Shown here one piece after another: positions 1 to 9,825 of a stretch of DNA of 64,000 nucleotides. Below the pieces are notes generated by a model. The model searched no databases, was not told where the DNA came from, and was given only the letters and a program-made list of their open reading frames with translations. The stretch is from an uncultured Gemmatimonadales bacterium (GTDB lineage Bacteria; Gemmatimonadota; Gemmatimonadetes; Gemmatimonadales; GWC2-71-9): NCBI GenBank assembly GCA_963798915.1, contig CAWCVB010000003.1:1-64000 (forward strand), given 5' to 3'. Position numbers and translations under genes: made by a program. The first letter of the stretch is position 1; each line of letters starts with the position of its first letter.

Positions 1-734
1 CGCGCGACATTGCCGCGCAGCCCGATGTGCTCCTTACGCGCAGCCACGGAATCGTTCGCGGCGCCGATCGGGGAGTATGTGCTGGCGCGCGTGCTCGCCG
101 CGGCGCAGCAGTTGCCACAGGGCTGGTTGAAGACCACAGGCCCGTCGCTGGCGGGCCTTTGTGCCGACCCTGGTTCAGGCGGGATCGAGGCGCCGTGGTA
201 GTGGGCACCGGCGACCTGGGACAGGGCATTGCGGAAAACGCTCGAGGCGGTGGGCATCAACGTCGAGGGGATATCGCGCTCCGGGGAATCTTGGGCGCCC
301 TCGTTCGTTGAGCGTAGTGCGGGGTCCATTCAGGAATAGGCAGAGGCGCTGCCAGGGGAGCAGCTTTGGCTGGTGCTTGCCGCGCCACTCACCGACGAAA
401 CGCGGGGCATGATACAACGACGCGGTGCTGGCCCGTGCGCACAACTGCTGGCTCAATCAACGTGGCGCGGGGGCGCCGCTGGTGGATGAGGCGGCCATGC
501 TGCGCGCACTCGACGACGGGGCGGCTGGCCGGCGCGGCACTCGACGTCTTCAGTGCCGAGACCGCTGTCGTCGGACTCGCCCCTCTGGGCGCATCCCAAG
601 GTCCTGATCTTCGCCCCACGTCGCGGGCGTTACGACGATCGAAGGTGCGGCGAGCGGATTCCTGCAGGCGCTCCAGGCACTGGAAGCCGGGGCGAAGGCC
701 GGCGCGGGTGGTCGATCCGACGGAAGGATATTAA
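1..734 (+). CDS. D-2-hydroxyacid dehydrogenase (5'-truncated, several apparent frameshifts)
   Basis: Motifs spread over frames: VVVGTGDLGQGIA (NAD-binding), INVARG, AGAALDVF, DSPLWAHPKVLI; ends VVDPTEGY*. Confidence 0.8.
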
Positions 735-819
735 CAGGACGGGCAGGATGGTCAGGGATGGGCATGGCGACTATTTCAGGCGGCACGGGGCGAAGCAATA
801 GCGCGGAGGGATGCTCAGC

Positions 820-850
820 TTGAACGAGTTCCTCCGGAGGGCATTATCAT
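820..850 (+). promoter_or_regulatory. Putative sigma70 promoter of tRNA-Leu
   Basis: TTGAAC ... TATCAT ending 8 nt before the tRNA; spacer 19 nt in an error-prone region. Confidence 0.45.
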
Positions 851-858
851 GCAGTCGC

Positions 859-941
859 GCGAACGTGGCGGAACTGGCAGACGCGCAGGACTTAAGGATC
901 CTGTCCCGCAAGGGGTCCGGGTTCGACTCCCGGCGTTCGCA
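859..941 (+). tRNA. tRNA-Leu (probably anticodon TAG; this copy shows an extra A in the anticodon loop)
   Basis: Acceptor stem GCGAACG/CGTTCGC-A, D-arm GGCGGAACTGGCAGACGC, anticodon stem CAGGA/TCCTG, long variable arm, GGTTCGACTCC T-loop; the other two copies read CTTAGG. Confidence 0.92.
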
Positions 942-1752
942 TCTCGTTCATTCTCAATAATTAACGCCCTCGTGCGCTCAGTGCCTGCCAGGATTTTGCG
1001 GCACGACTTTGCCTGACCTTTGCCGATCGGTTTCGGCAAGGCGGAAAAAATACCGGTCGGGTGCGGACTGGCGGCGTCTCCGACTGCCAACCCGGAACCA
1101 CAGGCCTGGCGACGCGCAAGCCAGGAACGCCGGCAGGCCGGCGGGATGCCGCTCGCGACCCGAAGGAGTCGACGAAGCATTGGAAGCGAACCTGGCGAAC
1201 GGTGGATTCATCCATGGATCGCAGATCGCACGACGCCTGGGCCAACACCCGGAAGCGAGCGTGATCCGCAATGTCGCCAACCTCAGGATCGGGGATGCGA
1301 TCCACCGCCTGGTCGTGAAGCCCCAAGTCGCCGCTGACGCCCTGGCGCAGCACGTCACCATCCAGGGCAGAGGGGCCGTCCAGCAGCTGCTTCGCAAGAT
1401 GGCACGAATCCGCTCGAGCGGAGGCTGTACGGGCGATCGGCGACGCCGCCGGCGGTGACTGGATCGGAGGTTTCCTGGGCGGACTGGTGGCGCCACCGAT
1501 CCGGCAGGGGCTGCTCGACGACTAGTAGCAGCAGAGCTAGACGCAGAGGGCCTGCAGCCGGTAACGGGCCCTGCTCCAGGATCAGGGGGTGGCAGGGTAG
1601 CCCGTCCCGTAGCACATTGAACGAGCCCCCGTACGCCACAATCGCCGCACCCCTTGTAGTAGCGAGGCGCTGGGTGCCGTCCTGTCCCGTGGGGGCGTAC
1701 TGGAGGCGGGCGCCAGAACCATTTGTGGTTCAACACGTCTAAAGGGCGAGGA

Positions 1753-2663
1753 ATGGGCACTATCCGCGTTGCGGACTTCGAAGACTCCTTTGTAATCCAC
1801 TTCGGCGGCGACTTCGCCCGCATCAACGCCTACACGCTCGCCTCCACCCTGATCGGCATCGCTGATGCGGCAAGAGCGGCCAATACGCTCGTTGACCCGG
1901 CCACGAGATTGAAGTCGTCGTCGAGGCGCTCGGTGACGGCAGCTTTCGGACGAAGATCCGCGCCGTCTACCGCGCGGCGGACAACCTCTTCTCGCGCGAC
2001 AGCCTTCGCAACATCGCACTTGGCATCATTGCGACGTTCATCTATGAGCACACCCTCGCTCCGGACGCGCGCATTACGGTGCAAGTCGATTCAACCGAAG
2101 TTGTAATTCAACACGGCGACGACAGGATCATCGTCCCCCGCGCCGTCCATGAGGCGGCTCAGCAAGCCGAACGCGATCCGCAGTTCAGGAAGGGAATCGG
2201 CCAGGTACTTCGCGCGGTTGAGCAGGACGTCGTGATTACCACCTTTCAGCATCTGCAAAGATGACCGGGAATCGCGCCCACCCATCGAGATTCCGCGCGA
2301 ACGGTTCGCCGCCATTCCTAATAGCTTCCCGGACGACGACTCTGGCGACCGAGAGCTGGTCAAGCTCACCGAGGTCGAGATCCTCCGTGCGATCCTCGAA
2401 CGCTCCCGGCGCAAATGGGAGTTCGTTTGGAACGGCATGAAGATCTCAGCGCCGGTCACCGACCACAGTTCTGGGACGACTTCTTCGCACATAAGATCGC
2501 CATCGCACCGGGAGACGCGCTGCTGGTGAGACTTCGAATTCGTCAGGTTCGGGCGCCGGACATCGGCGTGTTCATTAATGACTCGTACGAAGTGATTGAA
2601 GTGGTGAAGCATATCCAGCGTACACGCCAGGCCGACTTTCCATTCGATGACGATGCCGCCTGA
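1753..2663 (+). CDS. Hypothetical island protein of ~300 aa (frameshifted)
   Basis: ORF pieces 1753-, 2079- and -2663 join into one coherent protein, MGTIRVADFEDSFVIHFGG...RRKWEFVWNGMKISAPVTD..FWDDFFAHKIAIAPGDALLVRL...; GAGG RBS. Confidence 0.6.
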
Positions 2664-5600
2664 AGCGAGGCTGATCGCCGCTGCCGTCCCGGTGAAGCTC
2701 AACGCGCTCGCTGAACGCTGGGCAACGGCGAAGGCGGCCGAGCGTGCGAACGCGCAGTGCTACCTGATCGAGCTCTGCCACGCGCTCGGCGTGGAACCGC
2801 CGCGGCCGGCGGGTACGGGCTATGAGTTCGAGTACCCGGTGAAGGTGGTGAGCCGCAAGGGTGAGGAGGCGACCAACTTCGTCGACCTCTACAAGGCGGG
2901 CCACTTCGCGCTGGAGGCGAAGGACCAGGAGGACGGGCGGGCGACCGACCTGCTGCTCCGAAAGGCGTTCGGCCAGGTGAGGAACTACGCGGCGCACGTC
3001 CCTGCACGAGCGCCCGCCGTACCTCCTCGTCCTGGACGTCGGACGACCCTGCTGGTGTGGGACCACTGGAGCGGCGACTACGGCGGGTTCAACCAGGGGC
3101 GGCGCATCGACCTGCGGACGCTCGCGGATCGGCCGCAGGACGTGGACCTGCTGCGCGCGATCTGGTCCGATCCGGCGAGCCTGGACCCGCGAGCGCGGGC
3201 CGAGGCCGTGACCAAGGAGATCGCGGCGAAGCTGGCCGCAGCTCGCCACCGAGCTGGAGGCGAAGGGGCATGCGCACGAGCGGGTCGCGCGCTTCCTGAT
3301 GCGGTGCGTCTTCACGATGTTCGCCGAGGACGTGGGGCTGCTGAAGGGCGAGCCCTTCCGCGGCATCCTGGACGAGGCGGCGCTCGAGAGCCCGGCGGAG
3401 TTCGTCCCGCTGGCGAAGGAGCTCTGGCGGCGATGGACCGGGGCGAGCGCTTCCTGCTGCAAGAAGCTGCTCCGCTTCAACGGCCACTTCTTCAAGGACG
3501 CCGAGGCGCTTCCGCTGGAAGCGCGAGGACCTGGCGCTCCTGCTCCAGGCGGCCGAGGCGGACTGGTCGGACGTGGAGCCGACGATCTTCGGCACCCTGC
3601 TGACGCGGGCGCTGGATCCGAAGAAGCGCCACCGGCTCGGCGCGGAGTACACGCCGCGGGAGTTCGTCGAGCGCGTGGTGCGGCCGACGGTCGGAGCAGC
3701 CGATCCGGGAGCGATGGACCGCGGTGCAGGCCGAGGTGCTCCAGCTGCGGGACCGCGGGCGACCCAGGACCTGAACGACGGCCGAGAGCGCGCTGCGGGA
3801 CTTCCACGACGTGGCTCCGCGGCCTGCGCTTCCTCGATCCCGGCCTGTGGCTCGGGCAACTTCCTCTACGTGACGATGCACCTGGTGAAGCGCATCGAGC
3901 TGGAGGTGATCCGCGCGATCGAGGAGCTCACCGGGGAAGCACGAGATCCGCCTTCGAGGAGGTCGGGCCCTGGCAGTTCCACGGGATCGAGGTGGACGCG
4001 TGGCCGCGCGAGATCGCGGAGCTCACGCTCTGGATCGGCTTCCACCAGTTCTGGAGGCGCACCACGACGTGCAGCCGCCCGAGCCGATCCTGCGCGACAC
4101 GGGCACGCTCGAGCTCCGCGACGCGGTGCTTCAGTGGGAGCGGATCGAGGAGGACCCGGAGAGAGCGCGCCCGACCCGACGCCGCGCATCAAGCACCCGG
4201 TGACCGGCGAGCTGGTGCCCGACCCGGAGGCGCGGCTGCCCGTACGAGGAGCACGTGCGGCGCGCGGCCGGCCAGCTGGCCGGAGGCGGACTTCATCATC
4301 GGCAACCCGCCGTACATGGGGGCGCGGCGACAGCGCGACGCGTTTGGGGACGGATACGTCGACGCGCTGCGCAGCGTCTACCCGGACGTTCCCGAGACGG
4401 CCGACTACGTGATGTACTGGTGGTGACGGCGGCGCGAGGAGGTCGCTGCGGGGCGGACGATCCGGGCCGGGCTGATCACGACGAACTCGATCACGCAGCG
4501 CTAAACCGCACGTCGATCGAGAAGGCGGCGCGAAGGGGGCTGACGGTGGTCTGGGCGGTCGCCGACCACCCGTGGGTGGATGAGGCCGGCGCGGCCGCCG
4601 TGCGTGTCGCGATGACGGTGATCGCGAAGGATCCGGCACGGGCGACGCTGGATGCGGGTCGACGAGCGAGGCCGGAGATCGTCGAGGAGATCGAGGTACC
4701 GCGTCTCAACGCGGACTTACAGCGCACGCCGACGTGGCGACGAGCGCTAAGGCGAGCCTGCTGCACGCGAACCGAGGGCTTGTCGTCGCGCGGCTTTACC
4801 TTGGTGGGCCGCGGGTTCGTCCTGACGGACGAGGCGCAAGCTGAGGTGCTGACGCAGCCGATCCTGAGCATGCGCATCATCATCCGGCCGTACCTGAACG
4901 GCCGAGACCTGAGCCCGGCCGCGCGGGGTCTACGTGATCGACTTCGGTGCGTAACGAAGGAGGAGGCTCGAGCGTACCCGGTGCTCTACGACATACGTCC
5001 GATCGCGTGTGAAGCCGCAACGCGACGCCAACAATGACCGGAGCACCCGCGAGAACTGGTGGCGTTTCGGCGAAACGGGAGGGCTCCGTCCGGCGCTCGA
5101 AGGGCTGCCGCGCTACATGGTCACAGTCGAAACGGCGAAGCATCGCTTCTTCACATTCCTGGACGCTGAGGTCGCGCCGGACAAGAAGATGATCTGCATC
5201 GCAACGGACGCGCCGCCCACCTAGGCATCCTCTCGTCGGCGATCCATGTCCAGTGGGCGCGCAAGGCGGGAGCGCGCCACGGGGTCGGGAACGATCCGAC
5301 GTACAACAAGAGCCTGTGCTTCGACTCCTTCCCGTTTCCTGATGTCGCGCCAGGGCAGCGAAGAACATCCGGGCGGTGGCCGAGCGGCTGGACCGGCATC
5401 GGAAGGAGGCCCTGGAGCGCGGGAAGGAAGTGACGATGAATGGGATGTACAACGTCGTCGAGAAGCTACGCATGGGGAGAACTCGATCAGCCCCAAGGAG
5501 CGGAAGGTTCACGACCTCGCCGCATGCGGAGTCCTGCGCGACTCCACGACGAGCTGGACGTGCTGGTGGCAGAGGCGTACGGCTGGACATGGCCGGAAGA

Positions 5601-5987
5601 CCCGGCCGTGATCCTGGAGTGGCTCGTCGTACTGCATGATGAGCGCGTGGCCGAAGAGCAACGCGGGCACATCCGCTGGCTTCGCCCCGACTACCAGCGG
5701 CCGCACTTCGGCACGGCCGATGACCGGGCCGCGCCGCTGGCGCTCACGCCGGGTGCGGCTGCGCCGGCCGAGCCCGAGGGCCCGAAGCCCTGGCCGAGGG
5801 ACGCGATCGGGCAGATGAGCGCGCTCCGGGAGCTCGTTGCCGCCGGCCCGCTGACGGTTGAGGAGGCGAGCCTCCGGTTCACCAGGGCCAAGTTCGAGTC
5901 ATCGCCCATCACTTCGAGACCGAGATATTGGGAGAGCTGCAGCGGTCTGAAGACGGGCGATATCACGAGGTGCTGCAGCCCGCATGA
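2647..5987 (+). CDS. MmeI-like type IIL restriction-modification enzyme / N6-adenine DNA methyltransferase (many frameshifts)
   Basis: N-terminal ERANAQ..LIELC and [13 protein letters not shown] (PD-ExK nuclease), [14 protein letters not shown], (D)PACGSGNFL (motif I), IIGNPPY (motif IV), HRFFTFLD, C-terminal [19 protein letters not shown]. Confidence 0.85.
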
Positions 5988-6015
5988 GCCAGGCACCGAC
6001 GTTCCGGGAGGACTG

Positions 6016-7138
6016 ATGGCACTGCAGGACCATGGGCCAGGGCGTTCATACTGGCTGGATCTCTTCACCGGCGCGACGTGGCAGGAGTTCCTGGCCGCCG
6101 GCGGAGAAGTCTCGGGCTTCCGCGAGAGCCGATGGAAGACGATGCAACGGATGAAGCCCGGCGACTACCTCCTGTGCTACCTCACGGGGATCTCCCGCTT
6201 CATCGCGGTGTTCGAGGTTGTCTCACCCCCGCTCCGGGACCGGACGCCGATCTGGAGCGATGAAGACTCCCCTGTCGCGTTCGGGTCAAGCCCGTCGTGA
6301 CGCTGACGCCGGAGACGGCGGTCCCGATCCATCAACTCCGGGGCCAACTCAGCTTCCTGAAGACGGACGACACTGGCACCGGCTGGACCGGCCATGTCCG
6401 GGGATCACCCACGCGGTCGTCCGAGTTTGACGGTCAGGCCGTCGTCAGCGCTGTGCTCGCCGCGAAGGAGAGCCCGGTCGTCCGGCCCGTGAACCCAGCC
6501 AAGCTCGGCCGCCGGCCGCGAGCGCTGAAGGCGAAGATCGGACCAGTGACGGTTCCAGAGGACGAGGAGGCTGAGCTCGAGCCGGCGGCGGACGCAGGAC
6601 GAGAGCCCACCGCCCACACCGAGGTGCAGTACATGCTGCGAAGCTGGGCAGCGACATGGGCCTCGACGTGTGGGTCGCCCGGAACGACCGGAAGAAGGCC
6701 GTGAACGGCCACGCGATCGCCGAGATCCCCCAGCTCAAGGATGAGCTGCCGCTGCAGTTCGATGACGCGACCAACCGTACCATCGAGCTGATCGACGTAC
6801 TCTGGCTGCGGGGAAACTCGATCGTCGCCGCGTTCGAGGTTGAGAGCACCACGTCCGTGTACTCTGGACTGCTCCGCATGGGCGACCTCATCACCATGCA
6901 GCCCAACATCAATATCCCCCTCTACATCGTCGCGCCCGACGAGAGACAGAACAAGGTGATCCAGGAGGTCAATCGGCCGACGTTCGCGAACCTGGCGCAC
7001 CCGATGAGCGAGCTGTGCCGCTTCATCGCGTTCTCGACACTGGGGGAGCGAGTCGAACAGGTCGCGCCCGTCGTCCGCTATCTCAAGCCGGATTTCCTGG
7101 ACGAGCTCGCGGAGTCGTGTGAGGTAGAGGAAGAGTAG
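6016..7138 (+). CDS. EVE-domain protein fused to PD-(D/E)XK nuclease, putative modification-dependent restriction enzyme (2 frameshifts)
   Basis: GGGAGG RBS; N-terminal YWLDLFT..TW.EF...GFR...MKPGDYLLCY (EVE/PUA-like); C-terminal HTEVQ..L..MGLDVWVARND, IDVLW, AFEVESTTSVYSGLLRM.DL. Confidence 0.75.
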
Positions 7139-7527
7139 GCCGGCACCCCGACATCATAGTCCAGGCGGGCTGACGCCCGCCGATGTACCAGGGCAGCGGG
7201 GCCAGCCGCGAGGACACCGCCGAGCGTATTCTCGGACTACGGTGGTTCGACAGGCATGGACGTTCCTGCCCATGGGCTCGATTCGTTCGCTGAGCAATGT
7301 GAAAATTTTCTTTCGGAATGTGAGCTCGCGCGATAGGGACAGGCCCATTTCCACAGACGCCGGGTCGAATAATTCAGGGGGGGGTATCCCGTAGCCGACC
7401 ACCTGTGCCACAACTGTGCCGGAAGAGGGGACTACTGTGGACAAGAGGCGACAAGTTCGCTGCCGCGTAACTCCAACAATGACATCACCCAGCTGGTCCG
7501 GTCTAGTCTGGCGTGTACGCCGCCATA

Positions 7528-7581
7528 AGGACTTAGGCTCCTGTCCCGCAAGGGGTCCGGGTTCGACTCCCGGCGTTCGCA
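7528..7581 (+). repeat. att-site direct repeat: 3' part of tRNA-Leu from the anticodon stem onward
   Basis: AGGACTTAGGCTCCTGTCCCGCAAGGGGTCCGGGTTCGACTCCCGGCGTTCGCA matches 887-941 except in the anticodon loop. Confidence 0.9.
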
Positions 7582-7596
7582 TGGTTGTGCTCGTGG

Positions 7597-7625
7597 TTGA
7601 CAAACTTTAAGCGAACTGGTAGTCT
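7597..7625 (+). promoter_or_regulatory. sigma70 promoter of the aminotransferase-panB-metXB operon
   Basis: TTGACA-N17-TAGTCT directly upstream of the riboswitch. Confidence 0.75.
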
Positions 7626-7642
7626 GTTGGCACAATCGACGA

Positions 7643-7695
7643 CTCGTGGTCATTTGCTGCCTATTGCCGCCACGTTAAACAAAGTGCTAAAACGC
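7643..7695 (+). promoter_or_regulatory. SAM-II (SAM-alpha) riboswitch
   Basis: CGTGGTCATTTG..TTGCCGCCACGTTAAACAAAGTGCTAAA: P1 CGTGG/CCACG, ATTTG, TTAAACAA and GCTAAA match the SAM-II pattern; lies upstream of met genes. Confidence 0.85.
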
Positions 7696-7700
7696 AACCA

Positions 7701-7731
7701 GCCCGGCGGCAATTGTCGTCCGGGCGTTTCT
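7701..7731 (+). terminator. Hairpin after the riboswitch (candidate expression platform)
   Basis: GCCCGG-CGGCAATTGTCG-T-CCGGGC followed by GTTTCT; short U tract. Confidence 0.45.
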
Positions 7732-7744
7732 GTGTCGGTATCCC

Positions 7745-8947
7745 ATGCCTCCTGCTTCAGGCACCCAGACCGCTCCGTCTCGAGTCCGGCTCGCCCGCCG
7801 CCATTCCGACCTGGTCGCTGAAGCCGCCTTTGCCATCGCCGCCCGAGTTGGCGCGCTGCGCTCGGCGGGCCGGGACATTGCCGATCTCTCGATTGGCGAG
7901 CCGGATCTTCCGACACCAGACGTTGTCCTGGACGCGGGCGCCCGTGCGCTCCGCGACGGCGGCATCCGCTACACCGCCCCGGCTGGTCTGGCCTCGCTCC
8001 GTCAAGCCATCGCCTCGGATTTCTCCCGCTGGTGCGCACCAACCCCGCCGGAGGATGTTTTCGTTACTCCCGGTGCCAAGTGTGCACTGCTGTACGCCAT
8101 TCTCGCGACGGTCAACGCGGGCGACCACATGCTTGTCCCCGACCCCGGCTTTCCGCCCTGCCGCTCCCAGGTGGCGCTCGCCGGAGCCCGCTGCATCGGC
8201 TATCCGCTCGGTGCGTCCGCGGATGACATCGCCACACGCGTCACCCCGCGCACCCGCGCCATCCTCATCAACTCGCCTGGCAACCCCTCGGGCGCTGCCC
8301 TCTCTCGCTCTGATCTCGAGTTCGTCGCCGAGCTCGCCGTCCGTCATGACCTGACGATCATCTCCGACGAGATCTACGCCCGCATCTGGTACGGCGACGG
8401 TGGCCGCGCGCCGAGCCTCGCCGGCCTGCCGGGACTTCGCGGCCGGACCATTGTCGTGGACGGGTTCTCGAAGGCCTGGCGCATGACCGGCTGGCGGCTG
8501 GGCTACGCCATCGTGCCGCCGCACTGCCGGGAGGTTTTCCATCGGCTCGCCGTGAGCGCGCACTCCTGTGTTCCCGGGTTCATCCAGTGCGCCGGCATCG
8601 CTGCGCTCGAGGCGGGAGACGAAGTGGTCCGGTCGTACGTCGGCGAGCTCCGCCGCCGGCGCGACGAGCTGGTCAACGGCTTGAACTCCATTCCGGGCGT
8701 GCACTGCATCGTGCCGCCTGGCGCCTTCTACGCCTTCCCCGACTGCTCGGCGCTGCTGGCGCGCCTCGGTTGCGACGACGTCGCCCTGGCCGACCATCTG
8801 CTCGAGCAGGCCGGAGTGGCCGCGGTTCCCGGCTCCGCCTTTGGCGCTCGAGGCGCCGAGCATCTGCGCCTGTCATTCGCCGCGTCGCCCTCCGCCCTGC
8901 GGGATGGTGTGTCGCGGATTCGCCACTTCCTCAACCCTCAACGCTGA
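7745..8947 (+). CDS. PLP-dependent class I/II aminotransferase (aspartate aminotransferase family)
   Basis: LSIGEPD, INSPGNPSG, ISDEIY, DGFSKAWRMTGWRLGY (PLP Lys), GAFYAFP, HLRLSFA. Confidence 0.92.
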   Translation: MPPASGTQTAPSRVRLARRHSDLVAEAAFAIAARVGALRSAGRDIADLSIGEPDLPTPDVVLDAGARALRDGGIRYTAPAGLASLRQAIASDFSRWCAPTPPEDVFVTPGAKCALLYAILATVNAGDHMLVPDPGFPPCRSQVALAGARCIGYPLGASADDIATRVTPRTRAILINSPGNPSGAALSRSDLEFVAELAVRHDLTIISDEIYARIWYGDGGRAPSLAGLPGLRGRTIVVDGFSKAWRMTGWRLGYAIVPPHCREVFHRLAVSAHSCVPGFIQCAGIAALEAGDEVVRSYVGELRRRRDELVNGLNSIPGVHCIVPPGAFYAFPDCSALLARLGCDDVALADHLLEQAGVAAVPGSAFGARGAEHLRLSFAASPSALRDGVSRIRHFLNPQR

Positions 8948-8952
8948 CTGCC

Positions 8953-9825
8953 ATGGCATCCCGCAAGATCACTACCGCGACCCTCAACGGGCTCCGTACC
9001 CGGGGCGAACGTGCTGTCTTCGTCACGGCCTACGACTACCCCACCGCAATCTTTGCCGAACGCGCCGGCGTCGACATGCTGCTGGTGGGCGACAGCGCGG
9101 CCATGACCATGCTGGGCCATGCGTCTACCGTCGCGGTGACCATGCAGGAAATGCTGGTCTTCACCCGCGCCGTCACGCGCGCCGCCAGACGCGCCTTCGT
9201 GGTGGGAGACCTTCCCTTCCTCTCCTACCAGGTGTCCGATGCGGAGGCGGTGCGCAACGCGGGCGCCTTCATCGCCGCCGGCTGCGATGCGGTCAAGTGC
9301 GAGGGTGGCCGGCGCATCACGCCGCGGGTTCGTGCCATGACCGACGCCGGCATCGCCGTCATGGGCCACCTGGGCCTCACGCCGCAGAGCCTTGGCCAAC
9401 TTGGCGGATACAAGGTGCAGGGCCGAACCCTGGCGGCGGCGGACGTGGTCCTGCAGGACGCCCTCGCGCTGCAGGAGGCCGGAGTCTTTGCACTGCTGCT
9501 CGAAGCGCTGCCCGCCGAGGCCGCCGCGTATGTGCGTGACCAGCTCGACATCCCGGTCTACGGCATCGGCGCCGGCCCCGGATTGGACGGCCAGCTCGTC
9601 ATCGTGCACGATATTCTCGGCAGCTTCGTCGGAGACATTCGTCCCAGTTTCATCCGACGCTACGCCGATCTGGATGTAACCATCACGGCGGCGCTGGAGG
9701 CCTTCGCCGCCGATGTACGCAGCGGGAGCTTTCCCGGTCCCGACCAGTGCTATTCGATCGCCCCGGAGGCCGCTGCCGAAATCCAGGCCGCACGCAACGG
9801 GAGAAATCTCACCAGTGTCTCGTAA
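8953..9825 (+). CDS. panB: Ketopantoate hydroxymethyltransferase family protein (PanB-like)
   Basis: TAYDY, LVGDS, DLPFLSY, VKCEGG, GHLGLTPQS..GGYKVQGR, GIGAG..DGQ. Confidence 0.9.
   Translation: MASRKITTATLNGLRTRGERAVFVTAYDYPTAIFAERAGVDMLLVGDSAAMTMLGHASTVAVTMQEMLVFTRAVTRAARRAFVVGDLPFLSYQVSDAEAVRNAGAFIAAGCDAVKCEGGRRITPRVRAMTDAGIAVMGHLGLTPQSLGQLGGYKVQGRTLAAADVVLQDALALQEAGVFALLLEALPAEAAAYVRDQLDIPVYGIGAGPGLDGQLVIVHDILGSFVGDIRPSFIRRYADLDVTITAALEAFAADVRSGSFPGPDQCYSIAPEAAAEIQAARNGRNLTSVS

Larger units (their letters stand above)
942..7581. mobile_element. tRNA-Leu-integrated defence island, no integrase seen
   Basis: Bounded by the tRNA and a ~54 bp direct repeat of its 3' part at 7528-7581; cargo is restriction/defence genes. 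Confidence 0.8.

Noticed and set aside
886..903. 8 nt anticodon loop (CTTAAGGA) as a frameshift-suppressor tRNA beside frameshifted genes
   Set aside because: Both other copies have the normal 7 nt loop with TAG, and the region is full of indels; most likely a sequencing error.
999..1013. sigma54 promoter (GGCACG...TTGC); similar TGGCAC at 33228
   Set aside because: GG-GC spacing is 9 rather than 10 at the first site, and the GC is missing at the second.
1009..1458. Possible gene or integrase remnant at the island's left end
   Set aside because: Open frames exist on both strands, but I see no recombinase motif or clear start, so no call is supported.
2647..5987. Programmed frameshifting or phase variation of the R-M gene
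   Set aside because: There are too many scattered indels, and neighbouring genes are equally affected.
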